Shown here in pieces: positions 27,510-34,931 of a stretch of DNA of 38,519 bases. Source of the stretch: a virus (lineage: Duplodnaviria; Caudoviricetes). The notes under the pieces are model-generated. The model had not been told where the DNA came from, did not search any database, and worked only from the letters and a program-made list of their open reading frames with translations. The translations under genes and the position numbers were made by a program. Each line of letters starts with the position of its first letter. The stretch's first letter is position 1. The DNA lies in IMG/VR virus record IMGVR_UViG_3300028588_000050, positions 1 through 38,519 of that record; one strand, given 5' to 3'.

Positions 27510-27620
27510 ATGGCCGACAAACCGAATAAGCCGAAACCGGCGCCCAAGCCGAAGCCGTCGCCAGCGCGGACCCAGCGCAGCGGGAACAATGGACCGCCGC
27601 CACCAGTGCCGGGTAACTGA
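27510..27620 (+). CDS. 36-aa Pro/Lys-rich peptide (MADKPNKPKPAPKPKPSPARTQRSGNNGPPPPVPGN)
   Basis: Hand-translated; GGAG RBS; fills gap between tailspike and membrane protein gene. Confidence 0.7.
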   Translation: MADKPNKPKPAPKPKPSPARTQRSGNNGPPPPVPGN

Positions 27621-27624
27621 CTTT

Positions 27625-28089
27625 ATGTGGCCGTTCTTTGCCTCTTTAATCGCTCTGGTCGGACTTTCCGCGATAGCACGCGATGTTCGCATAGCAGGAA
27701 CGGCTGCAATCCTGCTCGTCAATTGGGCTCTGTGCACGGCAGTAGTGCAGCAGACCGGAGACGCGTATCCGTGGACATGGTTTTTCGCCGTGGATTATCT
27801 GTCCGCGTTTATCGTTCTGGCATTCTTCGGCAAGCCAAACATATGGCAGGGCATGGTTGGCACCATTTACGCGGCCCAACTCATTTGCCATGCAGCGCGA
27901 GGGCTTTACTTAAACAGCGCAGCCGGCCTCTACTACGGTTACTATTTCCTGAAATGGGCGTCATGGGCGCAGCTCGCGGTGGTTGCCGTCTGGGGCATCT
28001 ATGAACTTGCTCATCGTAGCGGGATGTTTGCTCGCAGCCCATCATCTGTTGAGGCTGGCAATGCCCGCTTTGATCGATCGCGTTCTTAG
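27625..28089 (+). CDS. Polytopic membrane protein (about 5 TM)
   Basis: ATG 4 nt after peptide stop; successive hydrophobic helices, several with embedded polar residues (N, D, Q/H, Q). Confidence 0.8.
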   Translation: MWPFFASLIALVGLSAIARDVRIAGTAAILLVNWALCTAVVQQTGDAYPWTWFFAVDYLSAFIVLAFFGKPNIWQGMVGTIYAAQLICHAARGLYLNSAAGLYYGYYFLKWASWAQLAVVAVWGIYELAHRSGMFARSPSSVEAGNARFDRSRS

Positions 28090-28101
28090 GATGTTGCGTT
28101 C

Positions 28102-28560
28102 ATGACTCCTGAAAATATTGTAACGGCTGCTGTGGATGCCACGGGCGCCCTCAAAACCGAAGCTGGAGGCACGATCGCAAAAGGGGTTTGGTCCCTCGTG
28201 GTAGTTGTCTCCCTAGCCGTGCTTGCGTTCCTGCCAAAGTGGCGGGTTCTTGGTATTGGTCAGCGAAAAGACGACATTGACCGGCTTATGGCCCGAGTTG
28301 AGGGTCTTGAGAACGACATCGTTAATGAGCGCAAGGATCGCGCGCAGGAAGTTTCTGTCGAGCGCACAGCGCGGGTCAAATCGCAGTTGCAGATGAGCTA
28401 CCTTGTCGCGGCCTTTGGCATGGTCAGTGCTGAACTAGAGCGACAAGACGAGGGCAACGTTGTCATTAGGCAGGCTCGTCAGATGATTGCCCGCGCGACG
28501 CATGAAGACGATCCTTTTGGCGATCTGGTTTCTAACCTTGACCACATTAAGGACGTGTAA
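28102..28560 (+). CDS. Single-TM coiled-coil protein, holin/antiholin-like
   Basis: One TM helix then coiled coil; directly upstream of endolysin. Confidence 0.65.
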   Translation: MTPENIVTAAVDATGALKTEAGGTIAKGVWSLVVVVSLAVLAFLPKWRVLGIGQRKDDIDRLMARVEGLENDIVNERKDRAQEVSVERTARVKSQLQMSYLVAAFGMVSAELERQDEGNVVIRQARQMIARATHEDDPFGDLVSNLDHIKDV

Positions 28561-28562
28561 AA

Positions 28563-29159
28563 ATGACTCGTCTGGAACTATTCGCAGCAATCCGACCCTT
28601 CGCACCAGATGGTCGGTTTTTGCCTAGCCATGTACAGGTGATTGATGCCCTTGCAGATTCATTCGGGATTCCCAGCGCCGTAGCGGATAAGCCCAAGGCA
28701 TCTGAAATTCCCGACGACTACTGGCCGATGCTGTCCAAGATTGAAAGCGCGGACCGTCCCTACGTCAAGGCTGCAACATCCAGCGGTTCAGGGCTATACC
28801 AGTTCCTGAAGGCTACATGGATAGGCGAAGGCGGGCAGTGGGGCAACGATGCCTCGCAAGCCTTCGGTGGCCTCAAGCCGTCCTATGCGGAGCAGTTGGC
28901 ACGCGCCAAGACCTTCACCGAGAAGAACGCCGCATATCTGAAGTCGAAGGGCATCCCGATCAACAAGGCATCGCTCTACGCTGCGCACTTCTTTGGCGCT
29001 GGTATGGCCGTCAAGGTGATCGGTGCCGACGTAAAAGATCGTGCGGATCTTATCGCTGGCAAGGGTCCGACCGATGCCAACCCTTCGATCCTGCGCGGTA
29101 AAACCGTGGGCGAGTTCCTGACGTGGCTTAACAAGAAAACAGGAAGTTGGGCACGATGA
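28563..29159 (+). CDS. Endolysin (lysozyme-like/transglycosylase fold)
   Basis: KIES catalytic Glu, SSGSGLYQF..ATW, LYAAHFFG, ANP motifs; in lysis cassette. Confidence 0.85.
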   Translation: MTRLELFAAIRPFAPDGRFLPSHVQVIDALADSFGIPSAVADKPKASEIPDDYWPMLSKIESADRPYVKAATSSGSGLYQFLKATWIGEGGQWGNDASQAFGGLKPSYAEQLARAKTFTEKNAAYLKSKGIPINKASLYAAHFFGAGMAVKVIGADVKDRADLIAGKGPTDANPSILRGKTVGEFLTWLNKKTGSWAR

Positions 29160-29554
29160 ACGACGAGCCGCACATCCCTTATTTCAACATGGGGCCATGG
29201 CCGATCTATGTCGGCTTCAGCGATGACCCCATCGCCTTTGCGAAGGAGATGGAACGGATGAATATGGAGGGTATCAACTTCGTAAATCCTGGCGCTAACG
29301 CGACATGCCATGCCTTTGAGAAGGATGGCTCACGAACCTGCATCATCACGCTTGCTAAATCCAAGGGTAAGTCTCGCGAGATGGTGGCGGCACTGATCGC
29401 CCATGAGGCCGTACACGTCGCGCAGGAGCTTTGGGACGGTATTGGCGAGGATAGACCTGGCCGGGAAGCAGAGGCCTATCTGGTGCAGATGATAACACAA
29501 TGCTGCCTGCAAGAGGCATGGAAGACTAATCGAGTCCGGAGGTTTGAACCATGA
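29156..29554 (+). CDS. HExxH-motif (zincin-like) hypothetical protein
   Basis: IAHEAVH...EAEAY; ATGA overlaps at both ends. Confidence 0.75.
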   Translation: MNDEPHIPYFNMGPWPIYVGFSDDPIAFAKEMERMNMEGINFVNPGANATCHAFEKDGSRTCIITLAKSKGKSREMVAALIAHEAVHVAQELWDGIGEDRPGREAEAYLVQMITQCCLQEAWKTNRVRRFEP

Positions 29555-29892
29555 CCGGCAAAACACAGCAGTTCCTAGCCTTCATCATCGTGGTATTCGC
29601 CATGCTGATTGTCTCCGTCATGCCCATGGCGGCGTCATGGCAGCTTGGCGTGTCGCTTCCCGACGGCCTGCTGGCGGTGGCTGACAAGTCGACCGCCGCA
29701 TTCGGTACGCTGCTGGGCACGATCGGCGCTTTGCTGTTTCGCCAGTCAGCCGCCGACGAAGAGGCTACCCGCAACACTGGTGAAGCCTTCAAGGCGATTA
29801 CAGCGGCGCAAAACTCCACACCCCCAGGCGCCCAGGACGTGCGAGTGGTAAATGAGTCTGACCAGCCCGTACCAACGGAGCAGCAGCCATGA
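29551..29892 (+). CDS. Putative holin (2 TM)
   Basis: Two hydrophobic helices and polar C-tail; between endolysin and spanins. Confidence 0.65.
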   Translation: MTGKTQQFLAFIIVVFAMLIVSVMPMAASWQLGVSLPDGLLAVADKSTAAFGTLLGTIGALLFRQSAADEEATRNTGEAFKAITAAQNSTPPGAQDVRVVNESDQPVPTEQQP

Positions 29893-30275
29893 TCGGCCTA
29901 ATCATCCCCCTAGTCCTCCGCGCAGGCGTGCCCCAGCGGTTCGCGCGCATAGCCGCGTGGATTGCAGCGGCTGCGATTGTCCTGCTGCTGTGCTGGGCTG
30001 CTGTGGCGATGTTTCGTGAGTGGATCGCGACGGGTAAAGAGGAAGCGGTCTCGCTTAACCAGAAAGATGTGACGATCGAAGCGGCGAACCTCGTCATCAA
30101 TGCGAGCAGCGCGGCAACCGCAAACCAGATGGAGCGCGATGACGCGTTCGCCAATGACCAGCAGGAGCTACGGTATGGGTCCGACACAAAGAGCAACACT
30201 AACAGCGTTGGCCCTGGCACCTCTGCTGTTCTCGACCGCATGCGCAAGCAACAAGCAGCCGGTCGTCGTAATTAA
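29889..30275 (+). CDS. Inner-membrane spanin (Rz-like)
   Basis: N-terminal TM then helical periplasmic domain; overlaps lipoprotein gene. Confidence 0.8.
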   Translation: MIGLIIPLVLRAGVPQRFARIAAWIAAAAIVLLLCWAAVAMFREWIATGKEEAVSLNQKDVTIEAANLVINASSAATANQMERDDAFANDQQELRYGSDTKSNTNSVGPGTSAVLDRMRKQQAAGRRN

Positions 30276-30444
30276 AGTCCCGCCCGCTGAACGCCTGACC
30301 TGTAAAGCAGAACCGGACGCACCAGCCATTGCGACCGATGCGTCCGTGTCACGATTTATTGTAGACCTTGCGGAGTCCGGGCAGTCGTGCCGGTCCGCGC
30401 TTGGCTGGATCCGCGATTGGTCAAAAGGTGTTAGCAAGCCCTAA
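30175..30444 (+). CDS. Outer-membrane spanin lipoprotein (Rz1-like)
   Basis: AGGAG RBS; lipobox-like FSTAC; PP..L.C..EP and C...L motifs; +1 frame overlap with Rz. Confidence 0.82.
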   Translation: MGPTQRATLTALALAPLLFSTACASNKQPVVVIKVPPAERLTCKAEPDAPAIATDASVSRFIVDLAESGQSCRSALGWIRDWSKGVSKP

Positions 30445-30686
30445 GATACCTCCTGCTCTCTACCCAGCAACGTCGTATTCAAAGCAAACGCAGCCTTAGC
30501 GTCCGGCTGCTCCTCCCATATCTCAGCAATCCAGCGGTCCAAGTCTCGTTTATATACGGGCATGTCGGGGGACATATCGTGGATCCGTGCCACTATGGCC
30601 TGAAATAGCCCCCGATAAGGCGCCTGAAGAGCCTCCGCGTGGTGATACGTTGGGATATGGGCGCATTGCTCGCAAGGCAGGCTCAC
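30441..30686 (-). CDS. Hypothetical protein (MSLPCEQCAH...)
   Basis: GTG at 30686 overlapping upstream TGA; GGAGG RBS; last gene of leftward operon. Confidence 0.65.
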   Translation of the reverse strand: MSLPCEQCAHIPTYHHAEALQAPYRGLFQAIVARIHDMSPDMPVYKRDLDRWIAEIWEEQPDAKAAFALNTTLLGREQEVS

Positions 30687-31099
30687 AGCTTCCTCCTCCG
30701 CATAACACCACCAATACCGCCAAACCCAAAAATCATCAGCGCCCACTTGGAGGGCTCTGGAACGGGACTGACGGTTACAGGCGTGCCGACCGGCGGTAAG
30801 GCTCCTACGCCGCCAATGTTGCCGCCCCCCACGCCAATAAACCCACCCGGCCCGCCACCGCCCGCAAAACCACCGCCTCCAGGGGCGCACTCAGCGGTTG
30901 CGATGGCTGCAATGGGGAGGTCTGTGGCCGGGATAGGCTTACGGACCTCCGCAACGTACTTACGGGCCGGTTTAGGGTGTATCCGCTCCACAACCCGGTT
31001 TATCTGCTTGTGGCTCTTATGTGTCACCACAGCCGTCGTTGGCAGTGCCGCCGCGATGCACAGGTATTTTATGCCCTTGTAGGTTAGGAGGGTTTTCAT
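30683..31099 (-). CDS. PEPxxWA-CTERM exosortase-sorted surface protein
   Basis: C-terminus VPEPSKWALMIFGFGGIGGVMRRRKL; N-terminal signal-like segment; Gly-rich linker; ATGA-coupled. Confidence 0.9.
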   Translation of the reverse strand: MKTLLTYKGIKYLCIAAALPTTAVVTHKSHKQINRVVERIHPKPARKYVAEVRKPIPATDLPIAAIATAECAPGGGGFAGGGGPGGFIGVGGGNIGGVGALPPVGTPVTVSPVPEPSKWALMIFGFGGIGGVMRRRKL

Positions 31100-31488
31100 G
31101 TTCGGGGTTCCTGCGACAAGAGGCGGATGGCGGCGCGACGATGAGCAGCGAAGGCTTGGACTCCTACACAGTCGCCGCGAGTAGGCTCGGTTATCATGCG
31201 CCAACCCATGCTGCCGGGCTCGTGGTCTTCCAACCGCGCGAATGCCTCCCTATCCATCTGTAAAACCCCTGCTTCATCCGCATAGGACCGCGCTGGGGGT
31301 GTGGTGCGGGTGTTCCAAGCGGCGATGGCAGCGGATGGGGGAATATAGCTGCAATGCGGGCCCACGCATTTCGAGTTCATGCAAGAGATCATCATGCCAT
31401 CATTGGACGTGCCTGATACTTCGGTGATTGGATCACCACCACAGAACGGACACGGCAGAAGCGCCATCCCTCCGACAGCCCCGCTCAT
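31096..31488 (-). CDS. Lar-family (restriction alleviation-like) zinc-finger protein
   Basis: LLPCPFCGG...C....C...AIAAWNTR signature. Confidence 0.8.
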   Translation of the reverse strand: MSGAVGGMALLPCPFCGGDPITEVSGTSNDGMMISCMNSKCVGPHCSYIPPSAAIAAWNTRTTPPARSYADEAGVLQMDREAFARLEDHEPGSMGWRMITEPTRGDCVGVQAFAAHRRAAIRLLSQEPRT

Positions 31489-32729
31489 GATGCCTTCACC
31501 TGTGCGAGGGCGAGGGCGGCGAGGATGGCGGTTGCATCGTCGTAACAGCTTTGAACATCGGGATAGCCGCCTGTCTTCGCCAAACTCCACTGGTAGCTAT
31601 CGTTGCAGGAATAGTCGGACGGATGGCGGCGAAGATACAGAGCCCGCGCAATCGCTTCCCGTTGCTCCCCGTCCTGCGCAGTTGCAGATTGAGTGGCGAT
31701 CGCGGCGCGGAGAATGTCGGCAAGCCACGACGGTCCGCTCTGTTCCGCGACATCCAATGCTGTTTTTGCAGCCTCCCGCAAGTCCACCGATAGGGTGGGA
31801 GGCGTCGGGGTGGCGGCGATGGCGGCGCGGGCCATCTTGCGGAAGTTTTCGGCATCGTTTGACCCGTCTAGATCAGCCCACGCGATGAAGCCGTTTTGGT
31901 CTGCGAGCGAACCGCCTGCTTCGTAAATCGCCTTGGCCACGCGATCTACCGCCTCCCCCTCCTGCGACGTTGCGGGCTGGGTAGCGAGGGCGGCGATCGT
32001 GTCAGCGGCCTCGGTGCAGATTGCGTGGTGCACACCGTCACCCCATTCATCAGTAGGACGATAGGTGCGAAGGCGGTCTGCCAGAGCAAGCGCTTCACGA
32101 CACTGCGTCATAACTGCCGCCACCCTAGCGCAATCATCGGCGTGCAATACCGCCGTGGTCTCGTGCAACGTGTCGTGCGCCAGTTTCAACGCGTCATACA
32201 CCCCTAGCTCCACCTCTCCCGCCTGATTGGTCGCGGGTACAGGTTCGGGAGATGCGGCGAGCGATTGACGGTAGGCGTCTAGGCAGATGATCGCGTCGAT
32301 GAGAAACTGGCGATCCACCAACTGATGGATCACGCCATCCTTATCAGGCGCATTCCAGCGGATGGTTCGGCGCTCCTCAAGCCGCTCGATCAGTTTGCCG
32401 ATCATATCGATACGCTGAGCGATGAACTCTGTTGGCTCTGCACTCGCGGATGATACAGAGGCGAGGCGGTGCTTATCAAGGCCAGCGATTGCCGCGCGCA
32501 TCACGTCGCGAGCCGTCTGGTGGATCGTGTCGCCGTCCGCCATCGGCAACCAGCAATAGACCCTCGCCCCGCCGGGGACGTAGGCGCCCAACGCCGCGTC
32601 AATAGCGTCTTCCGTCACTGCCTCACGCTCGGGCCATGTGAATGACGGCGAACCGCGCTCGATCGCGTAGATGTTGTTCCGGTCCTCCTGCGCAACCGTC
32701 ACCGCTTGCGGGTCTGTCGTATCACTCAT
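31485..32729 (-). CDS. Mosaic multi-module hypothetical protein
   Basis: ATG 32729 with AAGGGAG RBS; short helical modules joined by repeated A/T/Q/P linkers. Confidence 0.8.
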   Translation of the reverse strand: MSDTTDPQAVTVAQEDRNNIYAIERGSPSFTWPEREAVTEDAIDAALGAYVPGGARVYCWLPMADGDTIHQTARDVMRAAIAGLDKHRLASVSSASAEPTEFIAQRIDMIGKLIERLEERRTIRWNAPDKDGVIHQLVDRQFLIDAIICLDAYRQSLAASPEPVPATNQAGEVELGVYDALKLAHDTLHETTAVLHADDCARVAAVMTQCREALALADRLRTYRPTDEWGDGVHHAICTEAADTIAALATQPATSQEGEAVDRVAKAIYEAGGSLADQNGFIAWADLDGSNDAENFRKMARAAIAATPTPPTLSVDLREAAKTALDVAEQSGPSWLADILRAAIATQSATAQDGEQREAIARALYLRRHPSDYSCNDSYQWSLAKTGGYPDVQSCYDDATAILAALALAQVKAS

Positions 32730-32742
32730 CTCATCATCTCCC

Positions 32743-32943
32743 TTAAACCGCATTAGCCAACGCCTGCGCGTCAACATAAGCCTGCGCGATGATATACACG
32801 CAGGCGACGAAAGCAATCATTCCCACCCACAGGGCGAGGGATACGTACCAGGGTTCGGAAGCAGGCGTGATTGGAGCCTGCGAACGTTCCCGCTGCCAGT
32901 CATTCATTGGCATAGGCGTGGGCGTCTTGGTAAAGAGTCTCAT
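32743..32943 (-). CDS. Small single-TM membrane protein
   Basis: WYVSLALWVGMIAFVACVYIIA helix; ATGA-coupled. Confidence 0.75.
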   Translation of the reverse strand: MRLFTKTPTPMPMNDWQRERSQAPITPASEPWYVSLALWVGMIAFVACVYIIAQAYVDAQALANAV

Positions 32944-33188
32944 GCCACGGTGTCCTTGATGAAGCGTCCCTTGGCGTCACGGTTACGGATCTTGGTGAAG
33001 GGGGCTAGGCGGGCGCGGAGGTCGTGCGACTCCTGAAACAGATCGTTGCACCGATTTTTCAATTCACGGATCCTGACAGTCGCGCGGCTCATGGTGACAC
33101 CAACGCTCGTCAATCTGTGCATCAACCCCGCAATCTCCGCATCCTTCTCCGCTACGATGCGGTTGTGCTTTGCCGTGGATATCAACAT
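32940..33188 (-). CDS. Coiled-coil protein with C-terminal RDAKGRF motif
   Basis: GGAG RBS; heptad pattern; RD.KGRF tail. Confidence 0.78.
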   Translation of the reverse strand: MLISTAKHNRIVAEKDAEIAGLMHRLTSVGVTMSRATVRIRELKNRCNDLFQESHDLRARLAPFTKIRNRDAKGRFIKDTVA

Positions 33189-33325
33189 GTCACCATCTCC
33201 ATTCGTTTTGCATCATCCCAACCCCCAAACCATGAAGCCCTAGACGGCCCTGCGAGGCGATAAGGGTTCTGTGCCCGCGTCCGGTTGCGCTGGTAGTCCG
33301 TGGCGCCGATCTGACGGGGGGTCAT
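33182..33325 (-). CDS. Rmf-like small protein (MTPRQIGATDYQRNRTRAQNPYRLAGPSRASWFWGWDDAKRMEMVTC)
   Basis: Hand-translated 47 aa; TAATG-coupled; G...R...NPY...R..W..GW..A pattern matches RMF CPY...W..GW..A. Confidence 0.7.
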   Translation of the reverse strand: MTPRQIGATDYQRNRTRAQNPYRLAGPSRASWFGGWDDAKRMEMVTC

Positions 33326-33579
33326 TAAAGTGGCCAGCCGTGATAGGGCGCGGCACGGAACAAGTCGGCGGTGTGGTTCTCGCCCACAGCCTCGTTGCCC
33401 AGCTCAACCGCCTGCGCCTCAAGATCGTCCAGCGCAAAGTCAATCGCGTTGGTGGCGTCGCACGTGAAGTTCCCAAAATCCTTCGCGCTGACAATCTCGC
33501 GGATAATCCGAAGCTGCTTCGTTAGCGGCGCGTCCTTGATGGCGCGGGTCATGGCGTCGTAGTCGTGGGTATGGGTCAA
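33325..33579 (-). CDS. Hypothetical protein
   Basis: TTG start with GGGAG RBS; coupled at both ends. Confidence 0.75.
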   Translation of the reverse strand: MTHTHDYDAMTRAIKDAPLTKQLRIIREIVSAKDFGNFTCDATNAIDFALDDLEAQAVELGNEAVGENHTADLFRAAPYHGWPL

Positions 33580-33731
33580 CGGATTTCTCCCGACCGAATG
33601 TATTCCTCGTAAACCTTAGCCACCATCAAAACTTCTTGACGGTTTAGCGAGTAACCACCCCCCTTAAAGTTTTGCACAGCAAACCTGCTGGCTGCGTTTA
33701 TGGCGCTTGCCCTAATCTCTGTATCCGTCAT
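33576..33731 (-). CDS. Hypothetical small helical protein (MTDTEIRASAINAA...)
   Basis: AAGGGAG RBS; first gene after leftward promoter. Confidence 0.7.
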   Translation of the reverse strand: MTDTEIRASAINAASRFAVQNFKGGGYSLNRQEVLMVAKVYEEYIRSGEIR

Positions 33732-33762
33732 CTCAGCGGCTCCCTTGCTGTCTGTGAGGGGA

Positions 33763-33825
33763 TGTATGCGCCTCTGAAAAAATAAACGCAAGCCCCTTGC
33801 GTCAAAAAAACTGACGGCGTAGGAG
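33763..33825. promoter_or_regulatory. Back-to-back divergent promoters with operator-like palindrome
   Basis: Leftward TTGCGT(33791-86)-17-CATACA; rightward TTGCGT(33797-802)-17-TAGGAG; CGTCA-N7-TGACG over the rightward spacer. Confidence 0.7.
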
Positions 33826-33830
33826 GAGGC

Positions 33831-34040
33831 ATGGACAAGCAAACTCATCCCGACGCCGCAGCCATTGATCGCCTGGGTTTCCCACGCATCAAGGCACATT
33901 TCAACATCAGCCGTCAGGCTTTCCATTATTGGAGGCAAAACGGGGTGCCTAATATGCACCGCAACACACTGGTGATGGTGGCTCGGATACACGGCGTGCC
34001 CATGCCTGAGATGGATCTAGATAGAGGACGGAAAGCATGA
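33831..34040 (+). CDS. Cro-like HTH regulator
   Basis: IDRLG...IKAHFNISRQAFHYWRQNGVP pattern; first gene right of the divergence. Confidence 0.8.
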   Translation: MDKQTHPDAAAIDRLGFPRIKAHFNISRQAFHYWRQNGVPNMHRNTLVMVARIHGVPMPEMDLDRGRKA

Positions 34041-34219
34041 CCACAGGATGCAATAACTGGCGCGGGCATAGGTGGACACGGTGGGGTGCACCCGAACGCC
34101 GTCAGAGTTTGAAGCGTGAAGACGCTTGGGAATTTACGCAAAAGCGTGAATGCGATCGCTGTGGCATGGTTCAGTATTTCAGCGTCCCTCGGCTTTTCAA
34201 TGAGGACAGCGGCCAATGA
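34037..34219 (+). CDS. Small zinc-ribbon protein
   Basis: C....GH.W...CDRCG; ATGA-coupled. Confidence 0.7.
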   Translation: MTTGCNNWRGHRWTRWGAPERRQSLKREDAWEFTQKRECDRCGMVQYFSVPRLFNEDSGQ

Positions 34220-34518
34220 CCCCCCAACCCAACCACTACGCAATCTACACGGGCGGTTTTAAGCCTGTGGTAGTGCGCGTGCTGGGCATCGCTGGAGACA
34301 TCGCCACGATACAGGAGGGCACACACCACCAGCTACGAGCACAGCTTTGCGATATCGTCGCGTATGGCCCCCTACAGGCGCCCCTAGAGGCCGCTGTGGC
34401 CAAGATGATGAAGGTTCGAGCGCAGGGTGACAGGATGCGCGCAAAGGCCCGTAACTGGGTCAAGGATGAGAATGATCGGATTGCCCGCGAAGCTATGGAG
34501 ATGGATGATGTCGGATGA
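34216..34518 (+). CDS. Hypothetical protein
   Basis: ATGA-coupled; GAGG RBS. Confidence 0.75.
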   Translation: MTPQPNHYAIYTGGFKPVVVRVLGIAGDIATIQEGTHHQLRAQLCDIVAYGPLQAPLEAAVAKMMKVRAQGDRMRAKARNWVKDENDRIAREAMEMDDVG

Positions 34519-34798
34519 ATTTAAGGTTGGGGATATTGTTATCTGCACTGGAGGCACGGGGCTTCGTGTCAAAATAGGTACCATAGACCGCGTTACGTTT
34601 GTCGATTGGTATGATGCAAAGCATAGTGATGATGGCGAGGCTGGCGTGGGAATTGATCTTCTAAATAACTCCGCCCAGGCGCATGGTGCCGAATCTTGGT
34701 GCAGTAACGCATTTCGCTTGCTCCCCAAAGCCGACGACACCTTCATCAACCAGATGCGCTCACTGAAGCCAGCCAAGGAGATGACCAATGTTCGATAA
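34508..34798 (+). CDS. Hypothetical SH3-like protein (MSDEFKVGDIVIC...)
   Basis: GGAG RBS; FKVGD.V start typical of small phage beta-barrels. Confidence 0.75.
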   Translation: MSDEFKVGDIVICTGGTGLRVKIGTIDRVTFVDWYDAKHSDDGEAGVGIDLLNNSAQAHGAESWCSNAFRLLPKADDTFINQMRSLKPAKEMTNVR

Positions 34799-34931
34799 CC
34801 CCTATTTCTACATTGCCGCCGTCATCGGCGTGGTTGCCGCCATCGCGGCGCTCATCGTGAAGTTCATTCCCGATGGCTATGAAAACGAGAGCGGTTTTCA
34901 TTATGGCCGTGAAGATGGAGATGAGATGTGA
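34788..34931 (+). CDS. 47-aa single-TM protein with P.GYE.E.GFHYG motif
   Basis: Hand-translated MFDNPYFYIAAVIGVVAAIAALIVKFIPDGYENESGFHYGREDGDEM; AAGGAG RBS; GTGA overlap. Confidence 0.75.
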   Translation: MFDNPYFYIAAVIGVVAAIAALIVKFIPDGYENESGFHYGREDGDEM

